Shown here one piece after another: positions 18,022 through 27,484 of a stretch of DNA of 58,291 nt. The DNA lies in the NCBI GenBank assembly GCA_900547945.1, contig URIT01000005.1:1-58291 (forward strand). Reading direction: 5' to 3'. Each line of letters starts with the position of its first letter. The stretch's first letter is position 1. This DNA is from an uncultured bacterium. GTDB taxonomy: Bacteria > Verrucomicrobiota > Kiritimatiellia > RFP12 > UBA1067. A model generated the notes under the pieces. That model saw nothing but the letters and a program-made list of their open reading frames with translations. It had not been told where the DNA came from and did no database searches. A program made the translations under genes and the position numbers.

Positions 18022-19164
18022 TCAAGCGCGAGCCGGGGCGGCGGCGCGCGAACGGCGCCCCCCGACGATCATCTCCTCGACGAAGCCGAGCAGCCGCTTC
18101 GTGAGGCCGGCGCCGGAGGGGAGGCAGAGCCCGCGCCGGAAGAAATCCTCGGCAACGGCGCCGCCATAGACACGGCACCCCTGGAAGACCGGCTGGAGGT
18201 GCATCGGCTTCCAGACAGGACGCGTCTCGATGTCCGCCTCCGCCAGACGCGCCGCAAGGGCATCCCGCTCCTCCTCCGTCGGGAAGAGGAAAACGCTCAG
18301 CCAGCGTGTGGACGAGGTGAAGGCCCCGCAGGGGAACGGCACCGGAGGGTTGGGCATCCGGGAAAAGAGGGCGCGGTAGAAATCGAAAATGCGCCGCTTG
18401 CGGCGGACAATCTCGGGGAGGCGGTCGAGCTGGGCACAGCCGACGGCGGCGAGCAGATTGCTCAGGCGGTAGTTGTAGCCGACCTCGCGGTGTTCGTACC
18501 AGAGGGCGTTCTCGCGGGCCTGCTGGGCACGCCAGCGGGCGCGGGCCACAAGGTCAGGATCGCGCGAGAGTACCGCCCCCCCGCCCGAGGTGGTGATGAG
18601 CTTGTTGCCGTTGAAGGAATAGACGGCGCCCCTGCCGGCGCACCCAGCGGGACGCCCCCGGCAGGTGGCGCCGACGGACTCCGACGCATCGACGACAAGC
18701 GGCACGCCGTGATCCGCGCAGACACGTTCAAGCGCCTCGTAGTCGCAGCACTGCCCGTAGATGTCGGCGGCGATGACGAGAGCCGGCCTCCGGGAGAGAT
18801 CGCGGAGGGCCTGGTCCAGCAGAGGGATTGAAATCGTTCCGGTGGCGGGATCGGAGTCGATGAAGACGGGCGTGGCGCCGCGATGGACGGCCGGCCCCAC
18901 CGTGGCGATGAAGGTGAGCGTGGAGGCGATGACCGTGGTGCCGGGCCCCACGCCGAACTCGGCCATCAGCAGGTCAAGGGCGGCGGTCCCGGATGAAACG
19001 GCGGCGGCCTGCTGCCCGGCGAGCCGCCCGAGCCGCCGTTCAAACGCATCGACCTGGGGGCCGCAGGGCGCGACATACCCGGATGCAAACGCCGCGGCGA
19101 GGGCCGTGCGTTCGCGTGTTCCAACCCAGGGGGGCGAAAGGAAAATCCGTTTGGACGTCTTCAT
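18022..19164 (-). CDS. DegT/DnrJ/EryC1/StrS-family PLP-dependent sugar aminotransferase
   Basis: ORF 18022..19251, with the start at MKTSKRIFLSPPW (19164). SSGTAALDLLM; YSFNGNKLITTSGGGAV (PLP lysine region). Confidence 0.85.
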   Translation of the reverse strand: MKTSKRIFLSPPWVGTRERTALAAAFASGYVAPCGPQVDAFERRLGRLAGQQAAAVSSGTAALDLLMAEFGVGPGTTVIASTLTFIATVGPAVHRGATPVFIDSDPATGTISIPLLDQALRDLSRRPALVIAADIYGQCCDYEALERVCADHGVPLVVDASESVGATCRGRPAGCAGRGAVYSFNGNKLITTSGGGAVLSRDPDLVARARWRAQQARENALWYEHREVGYNYRLSNLLAAVGCAQLDRLPEIVRRKRRIFDFYRALFSRMPNPPVPFPCGAFTSSTRWLSVFLFPTEEERDALAARLAEADIETRPVWKPMHLQPVFQGCRVYGGAVAEDFFRRGLCLPSGAGLTKRLLGFVEEMIVGGRRSRAAAPARA

Positions 19165-19189
19165 GAATGACCGGGGCAACAAGACCGAC

Positions 19190-19849
19190 CTAATCGACAT
19201 GCCTGGCGGGGCAGTAACGTGCGAGGGGACAGTCCGCACAGCGCGGACCACGCGGCGCGCAGCGGGTCTGGCCGAACGAGACGAGGTGCGAGTTCCACGT
19301 CTTCCAATACTTCACCGGCAGGATCCGCCGCAGGGCCATCTCCGTCTCGAACGGCGTCTTCGTCCGGACGAGCCCGAGGCGGTTCGAGATGCGGTGGACG
19401 TGGACGTCGACGCAGATCGCGGGCAGGTCGAAGCCCACCGCCACCGTGAGGTTCGCGGTCTTGCGCCCCACGCCCGGCAGCTCGCACAGCTCCTCGACCG
19501 TCTGCGGCAGCACGCCGCCGAACTTCTCCCGCAGCACGCCCGGAAGCGCCTTGAGATGGCGGGCCTTGTCGCGGAAGAAGCCGACGGGGAAGATGAGTTT
19601 CTCGATCTCCGCCTGCGTGAGGCGGTCGAGGTCCGCCGGGGTGAACACGTTCCCCGCACCCGCCGCGAAGAGCCGCCGCACGGCCCCCGCCGTGCATTGG
19701 TCCTTCGTGCGCGCCGAGAGGATCGTCCCCACGAGGACGCAGAACGGGTCGTGCGCCTGCGCCTCGACGAGTTCGATGATGGGCGAGCGGTGGGCCTGGA
19801 ACGCCCGCTTCAGAAGGCGGTCAACCGCCGGAATGTCCCGGGCCGTCAT
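19190..19849 (-). CDS. nth: Endonuclease III
   Basis: ORF 19190..20059, with the start at MTARDIPAV (19849). HhH LPGVGRKTANL. FeS cluster CAPRGPRCADCPLARYC (C-x6-C-x2-C-x5-C). Confidence 0.85.
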   Translation of the reverse strand: MTARDIPAVDRLLKRAFQAHRSPIIELVEAQAHDPFCVLVGTILSARTKDQCTAGAVRRLFAAGAGNVFTPADLDRLTQAEIEKLIFPVGFFRDKARHLKALPGVLREKFGGVLPQTVEELCELPGVGRKTANLTVAVGFDLPAICVDVHVHRISNRLGLVRTKTPFETEMALRRILPVKYWKTWNSHLVSFGQTRCAPRGPRCADCPLARYCPARHVD

Positions 19850-20190
19850 GTCCGTCCCCCCTGCGGCATGGAGTTGGAGGCGCCGAGTTCGGGACAGACC
19901 GCATGCGAATCGGGGTTCGTCCAGGCGTGGGGGAACGTGCGGCACTTGTCGGGCTTGACCGCATGGAGGCGGCAGCGGTTGTCGTCCGTCAGCCACACGC
20001 ACGCGCCGTCGGGACGACTGCGCAGGACGAGTCCGCGCCGGTCGGGCGACACCTCGCACTCGTGCGCGATGAACGCCGCCTCATCCATCCCAAGAAACGC
20101 GGCGATCCGCGCGATCTCCGCATCGGAGACGCGCACAATCCCGTTCGGGATGCGGCAGCAGGCCCCGCACCGGCGGCAGGCGAACGTCAT
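19846..20190 (-). CDS. YkgJ-family (UPF0153) cysteine-cluster protein
   Basis: 114 aa: MTFACRRCGACCR...CVWL...NRCRLHAVKPDKCRTFP. 4-nt overlaps at both ends. Confidence 0.7.
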   Translation of the reverse strand: MTFACRRCGACCRIPNGIVRVSDAEIARIAAFLGMDEAAFIAHECEVSPDRRGLVLRSRPDGACVWLTDDNRCRLHAVKPDKCRTFPHAWTNPDSHAVCPELGASNSMPQGGRT

Positions 20191-20645
20191 GCGCCGCGTG
20201 CCTCCCGCAGGGATTCCACCAGCGCCGTGCAGCCGGTTCGCACGTCGTCATACGTCGCGTCGAAGTCGCCCGTGTACCACGGGTCCGCGATGTCGCGCGG
20301 CGAACCCGCAAATGCCAGAAGCTTGTGGATGCGGGTGCGGTCCTCGGGGCGCACGACGCGGCGCAGGTCGGCGACGTTCGCCGCATCCATGCCGATCAGC
20401 AGGTCGTAGGCATGGGCCGTCTCCGCCGTCAGCAACCAGGCCCGCCGCCGCGTGAACGGCACACCGTGGCGCGTGAGCACGCGGCGCGTCCCGGAATGGA
20501 CATCGCTTCCGATCTCGTCCGTATGCAGCGCGGCGGACGCCACCTCCACCCCCTCTAGCCCCGCCTGGCGGAGGAGGCCCTTCATCACGAACTCCGCCAT
20601 CGGACTCCGGCAGATGTTCCCGTGGCAGACGAAGAGGATCTTCAC
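20187..20645 (-). CDS. Low-molecular-weight protein-tyrosine/arsenate-type phosphatase
   Basis: ORF 20187..20897. The true start is probably the GTG at 20645 (VKILFVCHGNICRSPMAE, the CX5R(S) P-loop), in a GTGA overlap with the upstream stop. DPWY near the C-terminus. Confidence 0.8.
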   Translation of the reverse strand: MKILFVCHGNICRSPMAEFVMKGLLRQAGLEGVEVASAALHTDEIGSDVHSGTRRVLTRHGVPFTRRRAWLLTAETAHAYDLLIGMDAANVADLRRVVRPEDRTRIHKLLAFAGSPRDIADPWYTGDFDATYDDVRTGCTALVESLREARGA

Positions 20646-20950
20646 TTCGTCCCCGTCGCCTCGCAGCGTCCCTTCGCCGCGTAGTGGAGGTAGAGCGCAA
20701 GGTCGGTCGAGACGAGCGACATGTCGACGAGGTAGACGAAGCAAAGCCAGTCGTTGCCGGGATTTGCGTCGAGCAGCCGCGCGAGGATGCCCCCCACGTA
20801 GCCGAGAAGGACGATGGTCATGAACATCGGGCTCTTGCCCGCCACGCCCTTCCCGCTGTGGCCGGACTTGTAGGTGCGCGCAATCGCGAACGGCCACGAG
20901 AAGCCGAAGGCGAAGAGCATGAAGAATTCGCAGAATTGGGAGATGTCCAT
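20642..20950 (-). CDS. Small 3-TM membrane protein (PQ-loop/SemiSWEET-like look, unverified)
   Basis: 102 aa with three hydrophobic segments. FSWPFAIARTYKSGHSGKG loop. Translationally coupled to the phosphatase gene. Confidence 0.5.
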   Translation of the reverse strand: MDISQFCEFFMLFAFGFSWPFAIARTYKSGHSGKGVAGKSPMFMTIVLLGYVGGILARLLDANPGNDWLCFVYLVDMSLVSTDLALYLHYAAKGRCEATGTK

Positions 20951-20958
20951 GTCGAAGA

Positions 20959-20990
20959 AGGTTTTAGGTTTCAGGTTTTAGGTTTTAGGG
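20959..20990. repeat. Tandem heptamer array (GGTTTYA) x4
   Basis: The plus strand reads AGGTTTT AGGTTTC AGGTTTT AGGTTTT AGGG, followed by a G/A-rich run GGAGAGGGGGAGGGGGAG. It lies between the sdhB stop (21008) and the next start (20950). Confidence 0.85.
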
Positions 20991-21007
20991 GAGAGGGGGA
21001 GGGGGAG

Positions 21008-21760
21008 TTAGGGGGTTTCGGAAAGGATGGTCGCCTTGAGATAGGCGCGGTTCAGGCGCGCGATGTTGTCGAGGCCGACGTTCTTGGGGCAGACGGCGGC
21101 GCATTCGCCGACGTTCGTGCAGGCGCCGAAGCCCTCCTTGTCCATCTGCGCCACGAGCGCGCGGACACGGCGGGACGCCTCCACCTTCCCCTGCGGGAGG
21201 GAACCGAGGTGCGCGATCTTCGCGGAGGTGAAGAGCATCGCCGAGGCGTTCGGGCACGCCGCCACGCACGCGCCGCAGCCGATGCACGCGGCCGCCGCGA
21301 ACGCACGGTCCGCATCCTCCTTCGCGACGGGTACGGACGCCGCCTCGGGGGCGGATCCCGTGTTGACGCTCACGTAGCCGCCCGCCTGGATGATGCGGTC
21401 GAGGGCGGAGCGGTCGATCACGCAGTCCTTCACGATCGGAAACGCCGCCGAGCGGAACGGCTCCACGGTGATCGTCTCGCCATCGGTGAACATCCGCATG
21501 TGCAGCTGGCACGTCGTGCAGCCGTAGTCGGCGCCGTGGGGCTGCCCGTTCACGACGAGCGAGCAGGTGCCGCAGATGCCCTCGCGGCAGTCGTTGTCGA
21601 ACGCGAACGGCTCCTCGCCCCGCAGGACGCGCCGCTCGTTGACGACGTCGAGCAGGTCGAGGAAGGACATGTCGGGCGAGATGCCCTCCACGTCCACGCT
21701 CTCGAAATGTCCCTTGGACTGCGCGTCCTTCTGACGCCACATCTTCACGGTGAACTTCAT
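21008..21760 (-). CDS. sdhB: Succinate dehydrogenase/fumarate reductase iron-sulfur subunit
   Basis: This is the last 250 aa of track ORF 21008..23722, starting at [10 protein letters not shown] (21760). [39 protein letters not shown] clusters. Confidence 0.9.
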   Translation of the reverse strand: MKFTVKMWRQKDAQSKGHFESVDVEGISPDMSFLDLLDVVNERRVLRGEEPFAFDNDCREGICGTCSLVVNGQPHGADYGCTTCQLHMRMFTDGETITVEPFRSAAFPIVKDCVIDRSALDRIIQAGGYVSVNTGSAPEAASVPVAKEDADRAFAAAACIGCGACVAACPNASAMLFTSAKIAHLGSLPQGKVEASRRVRALVAQMDKEGFGACTNVGECAAVCPKNVGLDNIARLNRAYLKATILSETP

Positions 21761-21768
21761 GGCGTTCC

Positions 21769-23682
21769 TCACTTGTAGCTGCGCGTTGCGAGCGCGATGT
21801 TCTCGAACGAGAGCGGTTCCTTCGAGAGTTCCGGCGCCGCGCCGTCGCCCCGGTATTCCCACGCGCCAACGTAGCAGAAATGCGCGTCGTCGCGCTGCGC
21901 CTCCCCCTCGGCCGTCTGGCTCTCCTCGCGGAAGTGCCCGCCGCAGGACTCCGCGCGGTGGAGCGCGTCGCGCGCGAGCAGCTCCGCGAACTCCAGGTAG
22001 TCGGCGACGCGCCCCGCCTGTTCGAGGCACTGGTTGAAGTCGCCCGCCGCGCCCGCCACGGTCACGTCGCGCCAGAACGCCTCGCGGATCTCGGGGATCT
22101 TCGCGAGCGCCTTTTCGAGTCCGGCCTTGTTGCGGGCCATGCCGACGTGTTCCCAGAGGAGGTTGCCCAGCTCGCGGTGGAAGTCGCCCGCCGTACGGCG
22201 GCCCTTCACGGACATGAGGCGGCGGATCTTCTCCGCGCAGAGCCGTTCGCTCTCGGCGAAGGCCGGCTCCCCGCCCGTCACCTTCCCGAGCGGCGTCGCG
22301 GCGAAGTAGCCGCCGAGCGTGTAGGGGATCACGAAATAACCGTCCGAAAGCCCCTGCATGAGCGCGGAGGCGCCGAGGCGGTTCGCGCCGTGGTCGGAGA
22401 AGTTCGCCTCGCCGAGGACGAAGCAGCCGGGGATCGTCGACATGAGCGCGTAGTCCACCCAGAGCCCGCCCATCGTGTAGTGGATCGCGGGGAAGATGCG
22501 CATGGGCGTCCGGTAGGGATCCTCGCCCGTGATCTTCTCGTACATCTGGAAGAGGTTGCCGTACTTCGCGCTCACGCCCGCCACGCCGAGGCGGCGCACG
22601 GCGTCCTCGAAGTCGAGGTACACCGCAAGGCCCGTGTCGCCCACGCCGAGCCCCTGGTCGCAGACCTGCTTCGCGTTGCGGCTCGCCACGTCGCGCGGCA
22701 CGAGGTTGCCGAAACTCGGATAGCGCTCCTCCAGGTAGTAGTAGCGCTCGGCGGCGGGAATCTCGGCCGGCGCGCGGCGGTCGCCCTTCTTCCGGGGCAC
22801 CCAGATGCGCCCGTCGTTCCGCAGCGACTCGCTCATGAGCGTGAGCTTCGACTGCAGGTCCCCGTGGCGCGGGATGCACGTGGGGTGGATCTGCGTGAAG
22901 CAGGGGTTCGCGAAGAGCGCGCCGCGCTTGTAGGCGCGGAAGGCGGCCGAGACGTTCGACCCGCGCGCGTTCGTGGAAAGGTAGTAGACGTTGCCGTAGC
23001 CGCCCGTCGCGAGGCAGACGGCGTCGCCCGCGTGGCGCTCCAGCGCACCCGTCACGAGGTTGCGCGCCACGATGCCGCGCGCGCGGCCCTCCACGAGCAC
23101 GAGGTCCATCATCTCGCGGCGCGCGAACACCGTCACGCGCCCGGCGGCCACCTGGCGGGACATCGCCTGGTACGCCCCGAGGAGAAGCTGCTGCCCCGTC
23201 TGCCCGCGCGCGTAGAACGTGCGCGACACCTGCGCACCGCCGAAGGAGCGGTTGTCCAGCTGGCCGCCGTACTCGCGCCCGAACGGCACCCCCTGCGCCA
23301 CGCAGTGGTCGATGATCGCGTTCGACACCTCCGCGAGGCGGTAGACGTTCGCCTCGCGCGCGCGGAAGTCGCCGCCCTTCACCGTGTCCTTGAAGAGCCG
23401 CCACACCGAATCGCCGTCGTTCCGGTAGTTCTTCGCCGCGTTGATGCCGCCCTGCGCGGCGATGGAGTGCGCGCGGCGCGGACTGTCCTGGATGCAGAAC
23501 ACCTTCACGTTGTAGCCCAGCTCGGCGAGCGTCGCCGCCGCCGAGGCCCCCGCGAGGCCCGTGCCGACCACGAGGACGGTGAACGTCCGGCGGTTCGCCG
23601 GGTTGACGAGCCCCACGTCGCGCCGGTAGCGCGTCCACTTCTCCTCGATGGGACCGCCCGGGATCTTCGCATCCAGCGTCAT
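21769..23682 (-). CDS. sdhA: Succinate dehydrogenase/fumarate reductase flavoprotein subunit
   Basis: 637 aa. [17 protein letters not shown] motif, [28 protein letters not shown]. Confidence 0.95.
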   Translation of the reverse strand: MTLDAKIPGGPIEEKWTRYRRDVGLVNPANRRTFTVLVVGTGLAGASAAATLAELGYNVKVFCIQDSPRRAHSIAAQGGINAAKNYRNDGDSVWRLFKDTVKGGDFRAREANVYRLAEVSNAIIDHCVAQGVPFGREYGGQLDNRSFGGAQVSRTFYARGQTGQQLLLGAYQAMSRQVAAGRVTVFARREMMDLVLVEGRARGIVARNLVTGALERHAGDAVCLATGGYGNVYYLSTNARGSNVSAAFRAYKRGALFANPCFTQIHPTCIPRHGDLQSKLTLMSESLRNDGRIWVPRKKGDRRAPAEIPAAERYYYLEERYPSFGNLVPRDVASRNAKQVCDQGLGVGDTGLAVYLDFEDAVRRLGVAGVSAKYGNLFQMYEKITGEDPYRTPMRIFPAIHYTMGGLWVDYALMSTIPGCFVLGEANFSDHGANRLGASALMQGLSDGYFVIPYTLGGYFAATPLGKVTGGEPAFAESERLCAEKIRRLMSVKGRRTAGDFHRELGNLLWEHVGMARNKAGLEKALAKIPEIREAFWRDVTVAGAAGDFNQCLEQAGRVADYLEFAELLARDALHRAESCGGHFREESQTAEGEAQRDDAHFCYVGAWEYRGDGAAPELSKEPLSFENIALATRSYK

Positions 23683-24500
23683 TTCCGCCCTCCTTCCGCC
23701 TGCGCCGCCACCTGGGCCTCAAGCGCGGGCTGCGCCGCGCGCGCCTTCTCGATCTGCGCCTGGGTCGCGGGACGGTGCGCCAGCGCGCATGTGCCCGCCG
23801 CCGTCACGATGAATCCGCCGAGGATCGCCCCCGCCACGCACACGCCCGCCGCGTTGAGGAGCGGCGTCCAGCGCGGATGGACGAGCCCGAACGTGCGGAA
23901 GAGGGAGGGGAGCGCGTGGACGAGATGCGCCCCCGCCACGAGGAGCGCCGCCACGTAGAGGGCCGTCCACACCGGGTTCGCGAACGTCTCGACCGTCGTG
24001 AGCCACATGTCCCGCACGATCTCGCCCGCCGCGTTCCGGTAGAGGTACCAGCGACCGAACTTGAAGAGGACCAGATGCTGCACGAGGAAGACGAGGATGA
24101 CCGCCCCCGAGGCGAACATCGTGTACGCCGCCCCCGTCGCCTGCCCGGCATGGGAGACCACCGCGTAGCGCGCCGCCCCCCGCGCCCGCCGGTTGCCGAG
24201 CTTCAGGACGAGCGCAAGCGCCACATGGACGAACAGGATCGCGGCGAGCCCCGCCTCGACGAACCAGATGAGCGGCTTGAGGCCGGTGAGGAACTGGCAG
24301 TAGGCGTTGTAGGCCGCCTGCGCCGCCGCCGGATCGGGGTTCAGAAGCGAAAGGTTGCCGGCCATGTGCCCCGCGAGGAACGCCACGAGCAACGCCCCCG
24401 CCACGCCGAGAACCTGTTTCCGCCCAATGGACGACGCGAGATAGGTTCCCACCCACCGCACCGTCCGCGACCAACCGCCCGCATCTCCGCTCACCGTCAC
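23679..24500 (-). CDS. sdhC: Succinate dehydrogenase cytochrome b subunit (b558-type, 5 TM)
   Basis: 273 aa with a GTG start. Multi-TM with conserved His residues. Gene order C-A-B, with a 4-nt overlap with sdhA. Confidence 0.75.
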   Translation of the reverse strand: MTVSGDAGGWSRTVRWVGTYLASSIGRKQVLGVAGALLVAFLAGHMAGNLSLLNPDPAAAQAAYNAYCQFLTGLKPLIWFVEAGLAAILFVHVALALVLKLGNRRARGAARYAVVSHAGQATGAAYTMFASGAVILVFLVQHLVLFKFGRWYLYRNAAGEIVRDMWLTTVETFANPVWTALYVAALLVAGAHLVHALPSLFRTFGLVHPRWTPLLNAAGVCVAGAILGGFIVTAAGTCALAHRPATQAQIEKARAAQPALEAQVAAQAEGGRK

Positions 24501-24542
24501 GCCTTTCCTCTCAAAATCCGCTTCTGTTCAAAAAGTCCGTCC

Positions 24543-24551
24543 AGTATACCG
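24543..24551 (-). promoter_or_regulatory. -10 box cGGTATACT upstream of sdhCAB (about 42-nt leader with a GAGAGGAAAGG SD)
   Basis: The minus strand reads aaagCGGTATACTggacgg...gagaggaaaggcGTG. Confidence 0.45.
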
Positions 24552-24603
24552 CTTTTCCCCGCACCCGTCCAGTAGAACGCAGACGAATGGGGATGCCGGA
24601 AAT

Positions 24604-27309
24604 TCAGTCGCGCCCGTCCCCCTTCCCGGGGAAGGCGACCGACAGCGACAGGAGGCGCACGGACGTGCCGTTGAAGCGCAGGCGGCCACTCTTGACCTTC
24701 CGGAGGACGCGGGCATGCTCCTCCGTCTCGATAAGCGGCGTCTTCGCGTCGTTGACCGAAATCGTCGCCTTCCCCGCCTTGTAGACGATGGTCAGCTTGA
24801 CCTTCTTCCCGTCCCAGGCGAACGACGCGGCCTGCGCCGCCTCGCGCGCCACGACATCCCGCCACAGCCCGAACGCGGCCCTGCCCGCACCGGGGGTGAA
24901 TGTCATTCTGAGGTACGGGCAGTCGCTCTGCCTCACGGGCGAGGGACTATCCGCGACCTGGTAGAAGACGAAGCTCCAGTCCTTCGCCGGATCGTTCGGC
25001 GCGACCTCGCATTCCAGGCGGAACTCGCCGGGCACCGGCACGTTCCACCCCAGCGAACAGCCGCCACGGTACTTCGTTCCGCCAAAGTACGCATATTCGC
25101 CGTTGAGCCGCCAGGCCCCCCCGTAGGTCAGCCACATGAGCTTGTTCGCCGGGAACGCGGCCCGGACGGGCTCGCCGTCGAGGAACGTCGACTTCATCTT
25201 CGCCGCGACCTTCATGGTCGCCGCGTAGGCTCTCTCCTTTTCGGAGAGCGCCAGGGCCGCGCACGCCTCGTCCGTCGCCTTGAGGAACCTGCGGTAGTCC
25301 CCCTCCGCGAAGATCCGCTGCAGCGCCTGCATCTCCTTCCTGTTCGGCCCCGAGATGCCGTCCCAGATCATCCACCAGTTGCTGAAATTGTCGATGTACT
25401 TCCAGATGCCGTCGGGGAACGTCGCGTGCCCGAACGAGCGGAAGGTCTCGCCGGCCTTCTCCCAGTCGCCCTTGAGGCAATAGGCGAGCGTCGCGTATGC
25501 GCCGGCGTATTTCCGTATCGGCTCCGTGGCATGGGGGCTGTTCATCTGCGGCAGCGTCACTTCAAGGATCTTGTCGAGTTCGTCGGGGTGGGCCGTGAAA
25601 TACGCCTGGAGGCCGCCCTCCGCGCCACCGTCCGCGACCATCCGCAGAATCGTCTCGGCATAGAAGAACGGCACCATCGAATCATGCCGCTTCGTGGCGT
25701 AGCACCGCTCGGCGAAGGCCTTCATCTTCCCGTGCGAGCCGCCCCAGCGCGGGAAGCAGGTGTACCAGAGGTACTCCCGGTACAGATTGGGGAAGTCCAG
25801 CTGCGCCAAGGTGGTCGACGTGAAGATGTCGTCGCCGAACGGCCCCAGCGGAATGAAGCAGTAGACGGGCTCGGGATAGGGCTTGAGCGCCATCGCCTCG
25901 CCAAAGGCCGCCCGGCAGGCGTCGCCGCTCTTTCGGTATCCCTCCCAGCCCTCGGACGTCACGTCGCGCGCCCAGCCGCCGCCGCGGGCCTTCCAGGCCG
26001 CCCTGTGCGCCGGGCCGATCCGCCAGGTCGCCTTGATCCAGGGGTCCACGTCCGCCTTCTCCAGCAGCTTGCTGAATGCCGCGTCGGTGGTGGAGAGGTC
26101 ATTCCGCAGCGTCCAGAAGACCGCCCGCAGATCCTCGCCCGCGAATTTCCCGCTCTCCAGCCACGCCACCGCCGGCTTCCGCGCGTCCTTTCTCTCCGCA
26201 AAAGCCCCCACAAGGGCGGCGAACGGCTTGTTCGCCAGACGGTCCAGCAGCGCGACGAGTTCTTTGCGTTTCCCGAAGGCGCCGAAGCCGTCCGCCCCCC
26301 ACACGGCGTCAACCGCCGCGTTCATCAGCTTGCGTTCCTCCGCCGTGGACTTTCCGCCGGGATCCATCTCCCCGAGCAGGAATGGACGCAGCTTCCGCTC
26401 GCGGAACCCGGCACAGGTCTCTAGGGCCTTGTTCGTGCGGATGTTCTCGCTCCAGTCGCGGAGCCAGGCGTCGTCCGTCCCCGTGCGGCCGGTCCGCGTC
26501 TCCGCCTCCGCCTTCCTCTTCTGGATGTCGTCCCAGCTCTGCCTTGAGATCCGCGCGAGCATGGCGATCTGGCCGTCGAGCTGGCCGAGGAACTCCCGCG
26601 CCTTCGGCTCGACCTCGGCGGGGAACTTCGCAGCGGCGGCCCGCGCGCGGATCGCCTTCAGCCCTCCAAGGGCCTCCTCGCCCAGCCTGCGCCCCTCCTC
26701 GAAGAGCGCCCTCTCCAGCGCCTCGCCCGTCTTCGTCTTCGCCAGCTCCCGATGCCTCGCCCCCATCTTCTCCATGAAGCCCCTGATCAACGCCCGGGCG
26801 TCCGCCTGAAGGGGCGCGAGGTGCCTCTTCGCGAGCGGGCCCTCCTTGACCTCCCGGCGCAGCTGCTCGGCATACGCCTTCGGCGTCACGTCCCCCTGCG
26901 GACGCGCCTCGCCGATTTCGGTCCCTGCCGCATCGAGGATCTTCACCGTCGGGAAACCGTGGATCCCGTACTTCGCGACCAGGCCCGCGTTCTGCCTCTT
27001 CGCCGCGTCCGAAAGCGCCGACATATCCTGCGGGCTGTCGATGAAGAGGAGCACGAAGTCCTTCTTCGCCTCGTCCACGAACGCCTTCTTCGAGAGGTAG
27101 TCCCGCTCCAGCACCTTGCACCAGTGACACCAGTCGCTGCCGCTGAAGACAGCCACGATGTGCTTCCCCGACTTCGCCGCCTCGGCGCACGCCGCCGCGA
27201 AGTCGTCCGTAAACCCCGCCGGCGTCGATTTGCCGACCGTCCCGGCCGCCGCGCAGAACGCCAGCCCGAGCATCCCCGCCGCCACACGCGCCTTCTTGCT
27301 GAATTTCAT
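24604..27309 (-). CDS. Secreted thioredoxin-fold (WCHWC) domain protein fused to a DUF4034-like region and a C-terminal beta-sandwich
   Basis: ORF 24604..27351, with the start at MKFSKKARVAAGMLGLAFCAAAG (27309). VAVFSGSDWCHWCKVLE. The later ...FPRWGGSHGKM... block looks like DUF4034 (from memory). Confidence 0.7.
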   Translation of the reverse strand: MKFSKKARVAAGMLGLAFCAAAGTVGKSTPAGFTDDFAAACAEAAKSGKHIVAVFSGSDWCHWCKVLERDYLSKKAFVDEAKKDFVLLFIDSPQDMSALSDAAKRQNAGLVAKYGIHGFPTVKILDAAGTEIGEARPQGDVTPKAYAEQLRREVKEGPLAKRHLAPLQADARALIRGFMEKMGARHRELAKTKTGEALERALFEEGRRLGEEALGGLKAIRARAAAAKFPAEVEPKAREFLGQLDGQIAMLARISRQSWDDIQKRKAEAETRTGRTGTDDAWLRDWSENIRTNKALETCAGFRERKLRPFLLGEMDPGGKSTAEERKLMNAAVDAVWGADGFGAFGKRKELVALLDRLANKPFAALVGAFAERKDARKPAVAWLESGKFAGEDLRAVFWTLRNDLSTTDAAFSKLLEKADVDPWIKATWRIGPAHRAAWKARGGGWARDVTSEGWEGYRKSGDACRAAFGEAMALKPYPEPVYCFIPLGPFGDDIFTSTTLAQLDFPNLYREYLWYTCFPRWGGSHGKMKAFAERCYATKRHDSMVPFFYAETILRMVADGGAEGGLQAYFTAHPDELDKILEVTLPQMNSPHATEPIRKYAGAYATLAYCLKGDWEKAGETFRSFGHATFPDGIWKYIDNFSNWWMIWDGISGPNRKEMQALQRIFAEGDYRRFLKATDEACAALALSEKERAYAATMKVAAKMKSTFLDGEPVRAAFPANKLMWLTYGGAWRLNGEYAYFGGTKYRGGCSLGWNVPVPGEFRLECEVAPNDPAKDWSFVFYQVADSPSPVRQSDCPYLRMTFTPGAGRAAFGLWRDVVAREAAQAASFAWDGKKVKLTIVYKAGKATISVNDAKTPLIETEEHARVLRKVKSGRLRFNGTSVRLLSLSVAFPGKGDGRD

Positions 27310-27446
27310 TTTCCGCCTCCTGTATGATTGCGTTCCAGCATCGTCCGCCACAGCTCGCCCACCTCCGCGCGCCGCGCATTGGCGGCCCGTCCGCGCGCGG
27401 CCGGCAGCGCGGCAGCCGAAAGCAGGCAGAAAAGCAGCGACTTCAT
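27306..27446 (-). CDS. 46-aa signal-peptide-like small protein, translationally coupled to the thioredoxin-fold gene
   Basis: MKSLLFCLLSAAALPAARGRAANARRAEVGELWRTMLERNHTGGGK. AAGGAG SD 8 nt upstream of the ATG. The stop overlaps the next ATG (ATGA). Confidence 0.5.
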   Translation of the reverse strand: MKSLLFCLLSAAALPAARGRAANARRAEVGELWRTMLERNHTGGGK

Positions 27447-27484
27447 GTGACAGCTCCTTTGAGAGGGTGAGGCGCGAACGGGCG

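Noticed and set aside
20959-20990. Telomere-like repeat (TTTTAGG/GGTTTTA resembles plant and algal telomere units), possibly a linear replicon end or eukaryotic contamination.
   Set aside because: There are only four units. They are internal to a contiguous bacterial gene array, between sdhB and a co-directional operon, and the same unit recurs internally at 33693. Nothing suggests a chromosome end.
21008-23722. 904-aa track ORF suggesting a giant fusion spanning sdhA and sdhB.
   Set aside because: Only the last 250 aa (from MKFTVKMW at 21760) are SdhB-like. The upstream part is an out-of-frame read-through of sdhA (Arg/Gly/Pro-rich). sdhA has its own clean ORF at 21769..23682.
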